Shown: positions 42,273 to 57,045 of the stretch, in pieces | How positions within the stretch are numbered: the first letter of the stretch is position 1 | How the letters are laid out: the number at the start of each line of letters is the position of its first letter | Assembly: GCF_009914755.1 (NCBI RefSeq) | Contig: NC_060926.1 | Strand: one strand, 5' to 3' | Length of the DNA: 64,000 bases | From: the human T2T-CHM13v2.0 reference genome, Homo sapiens | Notes under the pieces: model-generated | The model's input: the letters and a program-made list of their open reading frames with translations, nothing else | The model's database searches: none | What the model was told of the DNA's origin: nothing | Position numbers and translations under genes: made by a program

Positions 42273-42874
42273 TTTACAGGCCAGAATCATCTCCTGAATC
42301 TCTGAGCTATTCACTATCTTAATATCTACTTAGTATCAGTCTGTATTATAATAGAGGCTAAAGACAATAAAGTAACCATCACATTGTTATTCTGCAAATC
42401 AAGCTATTCCTTTTCCCAGGGCCACTCTCATGACTTGTCCATGATCCTTTGTACTCTGCTTTTCTTCTTGTAGGAATCCTGCCTCTTCAAAAGGGCTGAT
42501 TTCCTCTAAGCATTAAACAAAAATGAGGTGTTTACTCTTCCTAGAACAGTGTCTTTCTACTCAAGTGGGTGTATCTTTATTATTGATTATTTTAATAATT
42601 AATTTCCTTACTGATTAATTGATTTCTCAGTCTTATTTGTTGTGGTGGAAACTATTCATGAATATCTCAATATAAAAATCATATATTTCAGTTTTTTTAG
42701 AATCTATAGGGTTAGAAGTTTGATATTAATAATTTATGCATATTTCTGATGAAACGTTTATTTCATAATTACAGTTTTACCCCATTCCCTAATAATGCTG
42801 TTTGCCTTGAACTCTATTTTGCCTGCTGTTAATATTGTGAAAATAATTATATTTGTAATATTTTTATTATTAAT

Positions 42875-43870
42875 TAAAATCAACACTTTATTCAAATTTT
42901 CTTGCTTTTTATTGCCCTTTTTCTGTTCCAGGATCCTTTTCAGGATAAACCATTACATTGAGTTCTTGTGTCTCCATAGGCTGTTCTTAGCTGGATCAGT
43001 ATCTCAGACTTTTTTTTTTTCATGACCATGAGAATTTGAAGAAATACTAGGATATTTTCATTCCATTGGAATTTGTTTGTTGTTTTTCTTAGGAATAGAC
43101 TGGTGTTAGGGACTTCAGGAAGGAAGACCACAGAGGTGAAGTGCCATTATCATCTCATCATTTCAAGGGTACATAATATCAGCTTGACTTGCTTCTGTTG
43201 ATGTTACCCTTAGTTACCTGGCTAAGATAGTGTTTGTCAGGTTTCTCCACTGTAAAATTGCTTCCTCCTTTCACTGCTGTACTCTAGATTTCTCCACCGT
43301 AAAATTGCTTCCTCCTTCCACTGCTGTACTCTAGATTTCTCCGCTGTAAATTTGCTTCCTCCTTTCACTGCTGTACTCTAGATTTCTCCACTGTAAAATT
43401 GCTTCCTCCTCACTGCTGTTCTCTTTAGAAAAAAGTGACTATGTGTAACCCACACTTAGGAAGTGAGGAGTCATGCTCTACCTCTCTGAGGGCAGATAAT
43501 CTACATTATTTGGGATTTCTCTGCATGGAAGATTTGTGTATTCTTATTTATTTGATAATTTATTTATGTAAGCTTGGGCTAAAGAATACTTATTTATAAA
43601 TTGAATAATAATTTCATACTATTTTATTTTTTGTTGTTACTCAGACTGTTCCACCTTAGGCAACTGGGGGCTCTTTCAGTTGGCTCATGTGTTCTTTTCA
43701 TATTCTCCTACCATTTGTTTTGTTTTGTTTTGTTTTTACAACTTCTTCACTTTCTAGCAATACAATTTGTTACAGGCTCATCTTGTATGTTTCTTATCCC
43801 TGTTTCAGAATCAACTATTCTTCAAGAATCCCTGATTCTGCTTGTCAGAATGAGATTAGAAATGAGTTCT
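42875..43870 (-). mobile_element. L1MC/L1MD-type 3' end
   Basis: ttttctgttccaggatcc...aggaagaccacagaggtgaagtgccatt...tcaagggtacat...tgtttgtcaggtttctccactgtaaa. Confidence 0.75.
43242..43424. repeat. 47-bp tandem repeat, ~3.9 copies
   Basis: Unit tttctccactgtaaaattgcttcctcctttcactgctgtactctaga starting at 43242, 43289, 43336 and 43383. Confidence 0.95.
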
Positions 43871-44613
43871 GAGTACAATGCTTGTTCCACTAACTTTATT
43901 TTGGTTAATATTTGTGTGATATCTATTTATATAATTTTACTGAAAACATTCTCTGTCACAATATTTTAGGTATTTCCTTTTAACATAAAATTAGATTCAC
44001 AAATTAACTTAAATCTGTCTTGCAAAATCTAAATTTAATTGTTTTAATTTATTGTCATCACTGAAACATTAGGTATTACTTTGAAAATTGTGTTTTTATT
44101 GCATATTTAGCACATTTTTCTTTACTTCTGCTCACACTTTGTGCCTATTATCTGTTGGACTTACTGAATTTTCTCTGGCCCTCTCTCTTTTCTCTTTCTG
44201 ATTTGTAGGTTAAACATTCTCTCTTTCTCTGTCTCTATTCTTTGGGTAACTCTTAACGTTTCCACATTAATAGTTTACTTAAAAATTCACTTTTGCCCCT
44301 TTGACTTGTATTTCAGCCTTACCCTTTTTTTCACTGCCCCTCCAATTTGTTAATTTTTAAAAATCAATGTTTCTTTCAATTTATACACATATTTACCAAT
44401 TTCTGTATTCACTATTAATTTTATCATCCGGTTATTTCTTTCTAGGTTGACTTTTCTGCTTATTTGATCCTCTGCAATTCTTCCTCCAGTGATGGTCAGT
44501 TTCTATGAATTAAGGCAGCCTGGAGATAAGTTGCTAGTGAGCAGGAGCAGCAATGCAGCTCAGCTACTTGGTGACTGTGATACACAGCTTCTCAAAGTTT
44601 CACAGTCCTCATT

Positions 44614-45160
44614 TGTAGTATCAAGAAAATATTGCTATACAACAGATTATTCTAAAATGTTGTATCTTAAAACAACACACATTTATTATCTCACATTGTC
44701 TGCAACTCAGGAATTCAAGCACAGTTCAGCTGGGTTATCTGCTATATTATATCTCAAAACGCCATATTCGAGGTGTTGGCCAGGTTATGGGGTTTCATCT
44801 CAAAGCTCAAGTGGAAAGGCTTTACTTCCAAGTAGATTCAGTTCCTTTCGGTCTGTTGGATTGGGGGCTTTGGTAGCTGTTAGCCAGTGACCACTTCTGT
44901 TCTTTTCCCCCTGGGCCTCTTCAACATGGCAGCTTACTTAATTAAAATGTGCACTCCAACTAATCAACAAGGACTGAGTATAAGCAATGTAGTAACCACA
45001 GTCTTTTGTAACTTAATCCCGGAAATCACATCCCATTCTTTTTCTATATCCTATTTTTAAGTTTTGAGACGCACTCCACGTTGAGAAGAAGGAGATAACG
45101 TAGGGTTTGGACTCAAGGATGGAGATCATTGAGGATCACCTTAGAAGTCAGCCTACCACA
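44614..45160 (-). mobile_element. MaLR LTR (MLT1F/G-like)
   Basis: cttaaaacaacacacatttattatctcac...tcaggaattcaagcacagttcagctggg...caacatggcagcttac...ttagaagtcagcctaccaca. Confidence 0.8.
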
Positions 45161-46131
45161 CCTATATAATGAAATTTTAATAGTAACTACCTCATGTGAC
45201 TGTAAGTTAATATAAATGAAAAATTAAGATAAACACTTTCTGACTTATTTTAGCCTTGCCGTTATTAATTTACTGAGCCTATCTAAGCTTCTTTCTATGT
45301 TTCATATTCCTGGTGTTTCTTGGTTTAGCTGATTTCTGTATTTTATTTCCAGTCGTGACCCACGGTTCTTATGGTAAAACACGATCAACTTGACACAGGA
45401 AATCTGTGCCTCTTCTGGAAGTCAACACAGCTCCTCATAATAGATGCTATGTAAATGACGCAGATTTAATAATTTACACTATATTTACATAAACAAAAAT
45501 TAAAATATGAAACCTGGTATCACAATGATTTCTCAATCTCAATTATTTCACATATTCACAAACAGATTGTTGGAGATCTAAGTGTGTGTCTATTTGTTTA
45601 CGCTTAGTATTGATGAGGTTGATGTCAGAAAGCAACTTGAATGTGAAGAGATTTTTCATTCCCTCTTGGCTGTTCAGGGTCAATTTTAGTACCTCCATCT
45701 CTGTCCTGAGAGGGACAACTTTGGTGCACACAGATAAGAAATTTTTGTCACACTGATGTGCATTGATCACTAATATAATCTAGGAAACTATTTCTATTAA
45801 CAAACTTTCAAATATCGACTGGAACTTGTAATACATAAGATACATAAGCATGGGAACATGGATAGAGAAATGAAGTTTAAAAGTTCTGACAGTCCTTTTA
45901 TTACACACTAGCAATTTCAGAGATTTATAACTTAGCTGTAAAATTTATAGTTAGATCAGTCATTACCCCAGGGCCCAGTTTGGGGATGAATTTAATTTTG
46001 TAAGATGTCTTTTAAGCAAAATTTTGAGTGATAATAACACACATGATATACAGTTTTCACTTTGCAATGTTTAGATTAATAATGGAGGGATTAGGACATT
46101 CCATTTTAGGAAATTAAGGACCATATCCCTG

Positions 46132-46182
46132 CTATTTTATCCCTGATAAAATAGGTAACTTTTATCATTTACCTATTGATAA
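46132..46182. repeat. Three overlapping short inverted repeats
   Basis: ctattttatc-cct-gataaaatag; tgataaaa...ttttatca; aataggtaa...ttacctatt. Confidence 0.8.
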
Positions 46183-46569
46183 CATTATTTTAAAGGTAAT
46201 AATACTTTTGATCATACAGCAAATTGCAAATGAAAGTGCTCAAATTGTTAATGAATTATTCTATGCTGACAAGTTCTTATACGTGGCAGAAATTATACAA
46301 AGAAGCTGAATTAATGCAGCTATTGGGAGAAAAAAGAAAAGAAAAATATACAATTTTACGGGTTTTTTGCTTAAAATTAGTTCACTATGAGAATTGAAAA
46401 TGACTTCACAGATAATACTGTTCAATTCTGTAATTTTCAGATGAGGAATCTGAAACTCATATTTATTGTGATGTCCTGTGACAGAGAAGCTGACTGGTAA
46501 CGAATTATTTTCAGTTCCTTACTCCTACTTTATTGTCCATACTATCTTCTAGAGTTTGAATCGTACTTC

Positions 46570-46860
46570 TGATACACAGTTCATTTGCAATTTCCTGATT
46601 ATTAATTATGTCAAGAATGTTCATTAGCAGTTTATATGCAGTCTTTTGAAAATGTCTGTTAAAATATAGCACTCACTTCTGTTGTATTGTTTTTGTTATT
46701 ATTAAATTGGATATGTATTTTAAAATATAATCTGACTACAAGTCCTTTGACAGACAGATGAATCACAATTATTTTCTCCCATCTTGTGGCTTTGACATTT
46801 CTAGTTTTTGGTATTGCCTTTTGAAAAGCAGACAATTTAATTTTTATGATGTCCAAGTTA
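46570..46860 (-). mobile_element. Old L1 (L1ME-type) ORF2 3' fragment
   Basis: Minus-strand ORF remnant DIIKIKLSAFQK...KATRWEKIIVIHLSVKGLVVRLY, similar to the ORF2p C-terminus. Confidence 0.7.
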
Positions 46861-46874
46861 GCTTATTAGTAGTA

Positions 46875-49800
46875 GTAACAAAAGTCCATAGCATATTTAG
46901 ATTTTCTTAGCTTTTGCCTAATATCCTTTTTTTTTAAAAAAAATTCTAGGTTCCCATACAGGATACCATACTAGATTTACTTTTCATATCTCTTTAGGCT
47001 TCTCCTAGCTGTGTTAGTTTTCCTGACTTTGATAGTTTTGATTAATACTTGTCAAGTATGTTGTAACATGTCCCACTGTTAGAATTTGTTTGATGTTTCT
47101 CTCATGAGAAGACTGGAGTTATGGGTACTAGGAGTAGGATCACAGAGGTAAAGGGCCATTTTTACCACATCATGTCAAGGGTACATACAATCAACATGAT
47201 TTATGACTGCTGTTGTTGGCCTTGATTACATGTCTGAGTTAGCATTTCTCGGGTTTCTTCACTGTAAAGTTACCTTTCCGCCCCTTTCTGTAGCATGCAA
47301 AGGAAGAAAGAAAGTCAAAATATGCAGCTTAACATCTATGGAGTGTTATTTGAAATTTTTCTATGTGGGAGATTTGTCTCTTTTTATCTATTTATTAATT
47401 TATTCAATCATTAATTTGTGTTAGTAATGACACATGACTATTCATTTTATACTTTGGGTACAATCCAATAATAGTTTACTTTGTTTCCCAAACTGTTGTA
47501 GATTTGGCTGTTAGGAGCTCCTCTTTGCTCCTGTGATTCTTTGATGTATCCCGTCAATGTGTGTGGGTGCCTGTGTGTGTGTGTGTGTTTGTGTTGATAC
47601 TTCTGACTTTCCATCTCTTCAGATATTTCAGGCTCTTCTTGTGTATTTCTTGCCCTAGTGCTACAATCACCCTTTTCTCCAAAAACCTCTTATTATTTTT
47701 ATTTAATAATTGTATTTAGAAATCAGGATGTTGATGCTAGACTTGCTTATTGCCACTTGAGAATCATTATTTTAACCATCTCTCAGCTGACAAAGCAAAA
47801 AATATATGTATATATTAGCCCATGTTTATAAACATGTCTACAAATATTTATTTATGTAACTGTCAGGATCTACAGTAAGATAAACATGAGTTCACACAAT
47901 TTTCCACAATTCTAGTTTATTACCACAGGAATTATACCTGCTTTCTCCCCTTGTAACTGAAAATTCTCACACTACCAGTGAGACACTGTGCTTTCCCTGA
48001 GAAACAATTCTATCAACTAGAGTACAGTGTCTATACTCAGTTGCTTTTGCCTTTAGTTTACGCAGACTCCATTCATTTTGAAAGATACTTACATCAGCAT
48101 TTTTCCCTTTATTCCCTACAGTGTGATTGTTTCTTATATTTGTAATACACATTATATTCTCCGAACACATCCTGCATTCCTTCCTGGGATCCCCCAGCAC
48201 CAAATAATTTTTAAAATTTGCATACATTAGGGCACACTCTTTGTGCTCTTCAGTTCTATGAGTTTTAACAAATATACAATGTCTCATATCCACTATTATT
48301 ATATAAAATAATTCTGCTGTGAAAACAATCCTTTGCACTTCACCTGTTTAATTCTGTCCCATCTCTCTGAATCTCTAGAAATCATTGGTTCTTTTCTCTC
48401 TCTAGTGCTTTGCATTTCTAGACTGTATTATAATAAAAATCATATAGTATGTAGATATTTTAGGCTGCCTTGTTTCAACTATCTATATGCATTTAGAGTT
48501 CTTCTATGTCTTTTTATGTCTGGACACCTCATTTAATAACTGCGTAATAGTCCATTGTATGTATATACCAGTTATTAATAATTTACCCATTCAGTTGTCA
48601 AAGACCATCTTGGTTATTTCCAAATGTTGATGATTATGAATACATTTAAATAAAATTATTAAAAATATTTGCATGAAGTTTTTTTGCATAAACATAGGTT
48701 GCCAATTTGGGTAAATACCTGGGAGCGTGATTGCTGAGACTCTATTTAGCTTTTTAAAAAACTACCAGATTGTATTTAAAGTGGCTGTACTATTTTTCAT
48801 TTTGACCAGCCACACATATGAATTCCTATTACTCTGCATCTTTACCAGCATTTCGCATTGGCAGGTTTTTTTTTTAATTTTAGCTAAACTATTAGATGTC
48901 TAATGGTTTTCTGTTATTACTTTAATTTGCAGCTCTCTAATGACAAATTATGAGCATTTCATATTTTTGTACATATATATATATATATAGTGAGTTCCCT
49001 CTTCTAATCTTCTACTCATTATTAGTTAAATTGTTTTGTTTTTTATTCTTGGCTTTTAAGAGATTTTTGTGTGTTTAAGAAACAAATTCTTTGTTAGATA
49101 TGTGTTTTGCAAAGATTTTCTTTCAGTATATAGCTTGTCTTTTGATTCTCCTAACAGTGTCTTTCTCAAAACAGAAGGTTTTAATGTTAATTAAACCTTA
49201 ATTAAATGTTTATTAACAAAGTCTAAATTCTTAAATATTTTATTTCATTGATTGTGATTTTGGTGTTGTTCTAAAATCTCACTGCCAAACCCAGTTCACA
49301 TACATTTTCTCCTGTGCTTTATTCTAAAAATTTTAGAGTACCGTATTATATATTTAGTTATATGATTCATTTGAGTTTACTTTTGTGAAAAGTGTGAGAT
49401 TTGTGTCTAATTTCATTTTTTTCCTGCACATGTGTTTCCAACTGTTCCAGCTTCATTTTTTTAAAAGCAACAACCTCTTTACTAGTGTGTGTGTCTTGAG
49501 TCAAAAATCAATTAACTTTATTTTTGTGGGTCTATTCCCAGGCTTTCTATTTATTCCTGTTAATCCCAGTATATATTCTTTTGCCAATGTTAAGCTGTCT
49601 TAATTACAGTGTCTTTTTAAATTTTGAAGGTGGTAGTGTCAGTCCTCCAACTTTGATCTTTATTGTGTTGATATTTCAGAGATTTATGTATCTTTAAATA
49701 AATTTTAGAATCATTTTATTTACATTCACAGAATAAATTTCTGGGACTTTGTTTAGTATTACCTTGAATCTATAGATCAACTTGGAAAAAAGAAATTGAC

Positions 49801-51750
49801 ATCTGACTACTGTTGAGTCTTCTAATTCATGAACATGGAATATGTTTCTATTTGTTTAGATTTTCATTGATCTTCTTCAATCAGTTTTACAGTTTTCTAT
49901 GTACAGATCCTGTAATAGTTTTCTACGTATTTTATTTTCTTGTTTCAACTGTAATTGATACTGTACTTTAATTTTTTGTATAAGAAAGTATTTGACTTTC
50001 ATTTGATAACCTTGAATTGTATGATCTTGCTGTAATCATTTATTAGTTTCTAGAGAATTTGTCAATTATTTTGGATCATTTGTATAAAAAATCATAGCAT
50101 CAGTGAACAAGAATGGTTTTATTTCCTCATTTTCTATCTACCTATCCATTATTTGTTTTTATTTTCTTATTTTATTACTAGGACTTCCAATAAAATATTG
50201 AGTAAGAGAGGTGAGAATGGACTTGGCCTTATTCCTAATTGTAGTGGGAAATTATCTGATTTTCATCATTAATTATAATGTTAGCTTTTTTTATTAAAGA
50301 TACTCTTTATCAAGCATAGGAAATTTCTCTATAGTTCTAGATTACTGAGAGTGTTAATCATGAATGAGTGCTGAATTTTTGTCAAATATTTTCTCTGAAT
50401 CTACCGATAGGCTAGTATTACCTTGCTTCCTTAATTCTTAATATAATGGATGTCATTAATTGATTTTTGAACGTTCAATGAGCCTTCCATACCTGAAGAA
50501 ATTACACTTGGTCATGGTATATAATTTTTCTATACATTGCTGAATTTCATTTGCTATTATTTGGCTGAGGATTTTAAAATGTATATTCAGGAAAGACATT
50601 GGTTTGTAGATTTCCTTTCTTATAATGCCTTTATCTAATTTTGGTATTTATCTAATTCGGATATGCTGGTCTCATTGAATGAGTTACAAAGTGTTTCCTC
50701 TGCCTCTCTTTTCTGGAAGAGATTACAAAGTTTGGTATCCTTTCTTAGTCAAATTATCTGAGCTCGATTATTTCTCTTTTGAAGATTATCAATTATCGAT
50801 TTAATTTTTTAATAGCTATAGTAATGTTCCTACATCTATAGGGATATTTAGTCTTGGATTTGGTTTTGATTGGGTTTGTATCTTTCAAGGAATTAGTTCA
50901 TTCATCTAAGTCATATTTGTGGGCATAGAGTTGTTCATTCTATTTCCTTACACTCATTTGATAATCTGGGATTAGTAGTGTTGACCCCTCTTTCCATTTT
51001 TTTTTTTTAAAGTTTTGAGGTTAGCTTGTTTAGAGATTTGACAATTTAATTGTTTTTAAATCAAACTTGGGTTTTGTTGATTTTCTCTATTATTTTTCTA
51101 TTTTTAATTTAATTTTTGTGCTTTATTTGTATTATTTATTTTCTATTGATGCTTTGGGCTTAAATTACTCTTTCTCTAATTTCATAAGGGGGAAGCTTAG
51201 ATTATTGATTTTAGATCTTTCTTCTTTCTAATATATATGCATTTACTGCTTTTAAATTGCCTCTAAGTTTGCTTTGGCTGCTTCCCCAAATTATTGAGAA
51301 TTTATGTCACTATTTTCATTTAGTCAAAATATCTCCTTTAATTTTATCTTTGACTTCTTCTTTGGTCCATGTTTTATTTAACAGTATGATATTAGTCTCC
51401 AAATATTTGAGATTGTCCAGCTATTTTTCTGTTATTGACTTCTAGTTGAATTCCACTGTGGTCTGACAACATATTTGTTGTATTTATAGATTTTTTAACA
51501 TTCTTAAGATTGTTTTGATTGACCAGAATGTGGTCTATCTTGCTAAATGTTCCGTGTGAGTTTCAAAAGAATGTGTTCCAACTGTTAATGGATGGAGTAT
51601 TCTATAAACGTCAATTACATCAATTTCATTGATAATGATGTCAATTCAACTATATCCTTACTGATTTTTCTTTTTTATGTATCAATAACTAAAAGTGGAA
51701 TGTTGAATTCTACAACTGTTATAATGAATTCATCTATTTCTTCTTGCAAA
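46875..51750 (-). mobile_element. Long decayed L1 (L1MD/MC-type): 3'UTR through ORF2 to the EN region, with deletions
   Basis: 3' end aaagtccatagcatatttagattttcttag; ORF2-like text throughout; gaccagaatgtggtctatcttg (minus-strand IDHIL motif) at ~51525. Confidence 0.85.
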
Positions 51751-51763
51751 GTAGTAGGTTTAT

Positions 51764-52070
51764 TTATTTTATTCTTAGTTTTATTTTGAGAGGGAGTCTC
51801 ACTCTGTTGCCCAGGCTGGAGTATAGTGGCACAATCCTGGCTTGCTCCAACATCTGCCTCCTGGGTTCAAGCAATCCTCCTGCCTCAGCCTCCCAAGCAG
51901 CTGGGACTATAAGCGTGCCCCACCATAGCCAGCTAATTTTTGTATTTTTTTGTAGAGACAGGGTTTCCCCATGTTGACCAGGCTCGTCTTGAACCCCTGA
52001 CTTCAGGTGATCTGCCCACCTTGTCCTCCCAAAATGCTGGGATTACAGGTATGAACCACCACGCCTGGCA
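51764..52070 (-). mobile_element. Alu (J/Sz-like)
   Basis: Full dimer; TSD gtaggtttat at ~51754 and ~52072. Confidence 0.9.
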
Positions 52071-52277
52071 GGTAGGTTTATAGTATTATCTTGTAATACT
52101 CTGATACACTTTGAGTTCGTTTTTGTGTTTGTGGTGGAATACTGGCTAACAGTTACTTTTGTCAATGCTGATACCCAACTTTTCTAGCATCAAATTTTTT
52201 CAAAAAGCAGTACTTTGCCTATTTAATTATGCTATTGTTTGAATATTTGTTCCCTCCAAAACTCACACGGAATTTGA

Positions 52278-52921
<644 letters not shown>

Positions 52922-54307
52922 TAAGAGGTGATTGAGTGTGAGGGCTTTGCCCTCGGGGATGGATTAACTCATTCATGGATTAATGATCTATAAGGTAATG
53001 GGTTGTTGAATTATTATGGAAGTTGACATGGTGGCTTTATAAGAAGAGAGAGAGAGGACCCTGAGCTAACACACTCAGCCCCCATGACATATGCTACTTC
53101 TGGACCCCCCATCAAGAAGGGCCTCACCAAATGTGGCACCTCAGCCATGGACTTCTTAGCCTCAATAACTGTAAGAAATAAATTTATTTTCTTTATAAAT
53201 TATCCACTTTTAGGTATTCTGCTATAAGCAACCAAGAAAAAAATAAAAATTGTGTATCTTTACTGAAAAAAATATATAGCCAGATTTTCCATTAAACTTT
53301 ATCAATATGTATATATTATGACAGAATTGCCAGCTAGCTTAGTTATTAAAATTTTGCATGAAGTCCTAATGTCTACTTTTAAATTTTTTTTTATTTTTTT
53401 AAGTTTTATAGTCATTTGCCTATACAATTATAGATACTGCTTTTTACCCTTAAATATAAAGTAGGCACTGAAAATTAGAATGGAAATATCATTCATTTCA
53501 ATTTGGTTTTAAAAAGATACACTTTTTTTAACTTTATCTAACAGGATCCCAAAAACTCTTTTATCATGATTAATCCAAGTACAAGTTTCTTTTGATAGCT
53601 TTTCACAAAAAATTTGTTGTCATTTTATTTTATTGTTTGACAAGGTAAGAAAAGATGTGGTTGAGTTGTTCCACTGATACATTCTTGGTGGTAAGTAAAC
53701 TCTCAAGGTGACAATTAACCTTTGGCATTTCTAATCATTCTTTTTTCCATCCTCAAACAACTCAACCATAAAATATGATGCACCTCAACATAAGTTCATT
53801 AACTAAAACAAATTACCAAGCGACTTTAGAAATTGAAGAACGAAGTGTTAGGAACAGCAACAGTCCCACCCTACTCCCTCCTTTACTCTGCTATAATTTG
53901 CCTGATACTCTATTAAAGCATATATTTATTTAAATTTAAAATTCCAGTAAGTTTCTTTCATATTTTTTAATACAAATAAGTGAATTTCAATGAGCAAAGG
54001 GTCACCATCAGTTTTTTATCCCTGTTCATAAATGTTCAAAATGTTTTGCATAACCTTATATCACCTGGTGTTTTTTATCATTGTTTGTTATCTTGCACAT
54101 TTCTATTATGTTACTTCTTTGCTGATTTTATTACCAGTATTTTAATTTTATCCTTGTTTTGTGCTATTTTATAGATGAACATTCTTTTGTTTCCTGTTAC
54201 CTATTTCCAAGTTATGAACTCATTCTCACTAGATTCCTTGTTGATATTTTTCTGATAGAATATGTTTATTTCCGGTTCTACAATATAAGACTAATGTTTA
54301 AATGCAT

Positions 54308-54394
54308 CTTTCTTTCCTTCTCTTTCTTTCTCTCTCTCTCTCCCTCCCTCCCTCCCTCCTTTCCTCCCTTCCTTCCTTCCTTCCCTGCTTTCTT
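54308..54394. repeat. Polypyrimidine compound microsatellite (TTTC/CT/CCCT/CCTT)
   Basis: ctttctttccttctctttctttctctctctctctccctccctccctccctcctttcctcccttccttccttcc. Confidence 0.9.
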
Positions 54395-54531
54395 ATTTTT
54401 TTTTTTTTTGATTTGGTGAGACGGGTCTTGCTTTGGTACCCAGGCTGGACTTCAACTCGTAGGCTCAAGTGATCCTCCCACTTCAGCCTTCACAATAACT
54501 GGTGCTACAGACACACACCACCACACCTGGC
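54395..54531 (-). mobile_element. FLAM (free left Alu monomer)
   Basis: gagacgggtcttgctttggtacccaggctggacttcaactcgtaggctcaagtgatcctccc...caccacacctggc, single monomer. Confidence 0.8.
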
Positions 54532-55229
54532 TTCTTGAATACATTGAATCTATTTATATTGATTAGTTTCAAATATGTATTTCTATATTATGGCCTGATG
54601 GACATAATAATAATATTACAAGGTATGCTAAAAATAAAAATGTGTTACAGAATTCCCATTTTATTATTTCTTTTTTTCTTTCTTTTTGACCTGATAACAG
54701 AAAAGAGCATCTTCTCAGATAGACAAAATCTCCTTTTATTCAGGCATGAATAAGAAAATATTTTTTAAAAAATAACTGTTCAATTTCCTTTTCCTTTTCA
54801 AGAGATAAATAATATGCTTTAGTAGTGATCCATCATTTTAGAATTACCTCTCTAGGAAAGGCAATTAATGTTCAAATCATGTGTTAATCTTGAACAATTA
54901 TTAGTTTCTGTCAAAAGAGCTCTACTGAGAAAAATTCAAAAAGAATATTTAGTCCCAATGAATCAGGTTCCCTATTTTTCTTAGATCACTTTCTGTATTA
55001 AGTACAGACACCTACTGCTATGAAAAAAAACATGGTATATCTAAATCACGTTCTCTGTCAACTGCTACTTCTTTGATCTGAGTTTTACTGCCTTCTCTTG
55101 TTTTCCCTGGTTTGTTGGTTGGTTGTCCAATGAGAAAAGCTTACATTAAATGTCAAATGAATAATTTTCAAATTTAGAGGTAGAGAAACTGAGCTTCAGA
55201 GAAGGGACATGGATTATATTCTATTGTTC

Positions 55230-55410
55230 AGAGGCTACCAGGTTTGAATTAGACCTATCTTGGTTCAATTTTGTCACACATTATCAATGCAACAAAAAGC
55301 AAGGTTTCTTAAAAATCTCTGAGCATCAGTTTTCTTCATCTTTAAGATGAAGTTAATAAAATTTATTTTATTGTATTTCTGAAAGAAAAAATGCAAGATA
55401 ATCCACATGG
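55230..55410 (+). mobile_element. MIR fragment
   Basis: gcaaggtttcttaaaaatctctgagcatcagttttcttcatctttaagatgaagttaataa core. Confidence 0.55.
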
Positions 55411-56278
55411 ATAATTATGATGATGCCAGGCAGGATGTAAAAATAAGAAATATTTGCAGTTACAGGAGTGAGTATAATTTTAATGACTGCTTTTTCTGTG
55501 TTATTTTCTCTTCCATTCTTGGTCTTCAGCTAGCAGGCAGAGTAACTGTTATTGGAATGTGGGTCTCATTACAAAGACATCTTGCTGAATAGTCTCTGAT
55601 GGAAAAAGACTTAACATCTTGACCACAATGTACAAATTCCTTCTTATAGAATGAGAATATTCAACGATGACAATTCACATTGTTTTCTTACCTTGAGATA
55701 AATAGACACCTGTATGAAAATGTGAAGTACTTACCTCATCTTGTTCCAAAAAGGCAACTAAGAAAAGAAAAGGAAAATTAAAAAGTAGTCCTAGCTAATG
55801 CAGTAAGACAAGAAAATAAAATAAAAGGTATACAGAGTCAAAAGGAAGAAATAAAACTATCTTTGCAGATAATATGATAATCTATGTAGAAAAGCCCAAA
55901 GAATTGACAAAAAAAAATTTAAAAACCTCCTTGAACCAATAAGTGATTATACTAGGTTGCACCATACAAGATTAATACACAAAAATCAATAATTTTCATA
56001 AACCAGAAACAAACAAGTAGAATTTGAAATTTAATACAAAATACTATTTTTGTTAGTGCTTCCCAGAACGAGAAATACTTTGGCATAAATATAATAAAAT
56101 ATGTAAAAGATCTATATGAGGAAAACTACAAACTTCTGATGAAATATGTCAAAGAAGGACTTAATATGTAGAGATATTTCATGTTCATGGGTAGGGAGAC
56201 TCAATATTGTCAAGATGGAAGTTCTTCACAATTTGGCCTATAGATTCAATGCAATCTCAATAGAAATGTTATCAAGTT

Positions 56279-56599
<321 letters not shown>

Positions 56600-56718
56600 T
56601 TACCAAATTGATTCTGAAGTTTGAATGAAGAGTCTAAAAACATGGAACAACCATCACAATATTGAAGGAGAAGAAGAAAGTTGGAGGACTGACACAACCT
56701 GACTCTAAGACTTACTAT

Positions 56719-57045
56719 AGCCAGTTGTAGTGGCTCACGTCTGTAATCCCAGCACTGTGGCAGGCCAAGGCGGGTGGATCACTTGAAGCCAGGACTTTGA
56801 GACCAGCCTGGTCAACATTGTGAAACCCCGTCTCTACTAAAAATACAAAAAAATTAACCAGGCAAGGTGGTGCCTGACTATAATGCCAGCTACTCGGGAG
56901 ACTGAGGGATGAGAATTGCTTGAACTCAGGGAGCGGAGGTTTCAGTGAGCCGAGATCATGCCACTGCACTCCAGCCTGGGCAACAGTGGGAGACACTGTC
57001 TCAAAAACAAAACAAAATGAAACGACAACAAAAAACAACAATAAA
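56719..57045 (+). mobile_element. AluS (Sz/Sx-like)
   Basis: Full dimer, (CAAAA)n tail; TSD core cttactata on both sides. Confidence 0.9.

Noticed and set aside
43242-43424. Regular repeat that might suggest a CRISPR array
   Set aside because: Units are contiguous with no unique spacers, there are no cas genes, and it lies in primate L1-derived DNA.
44489-44890. 133-aa ORF
   Set aside because: Mostly antisense MLT1F-like LTR; no recognisable domain.
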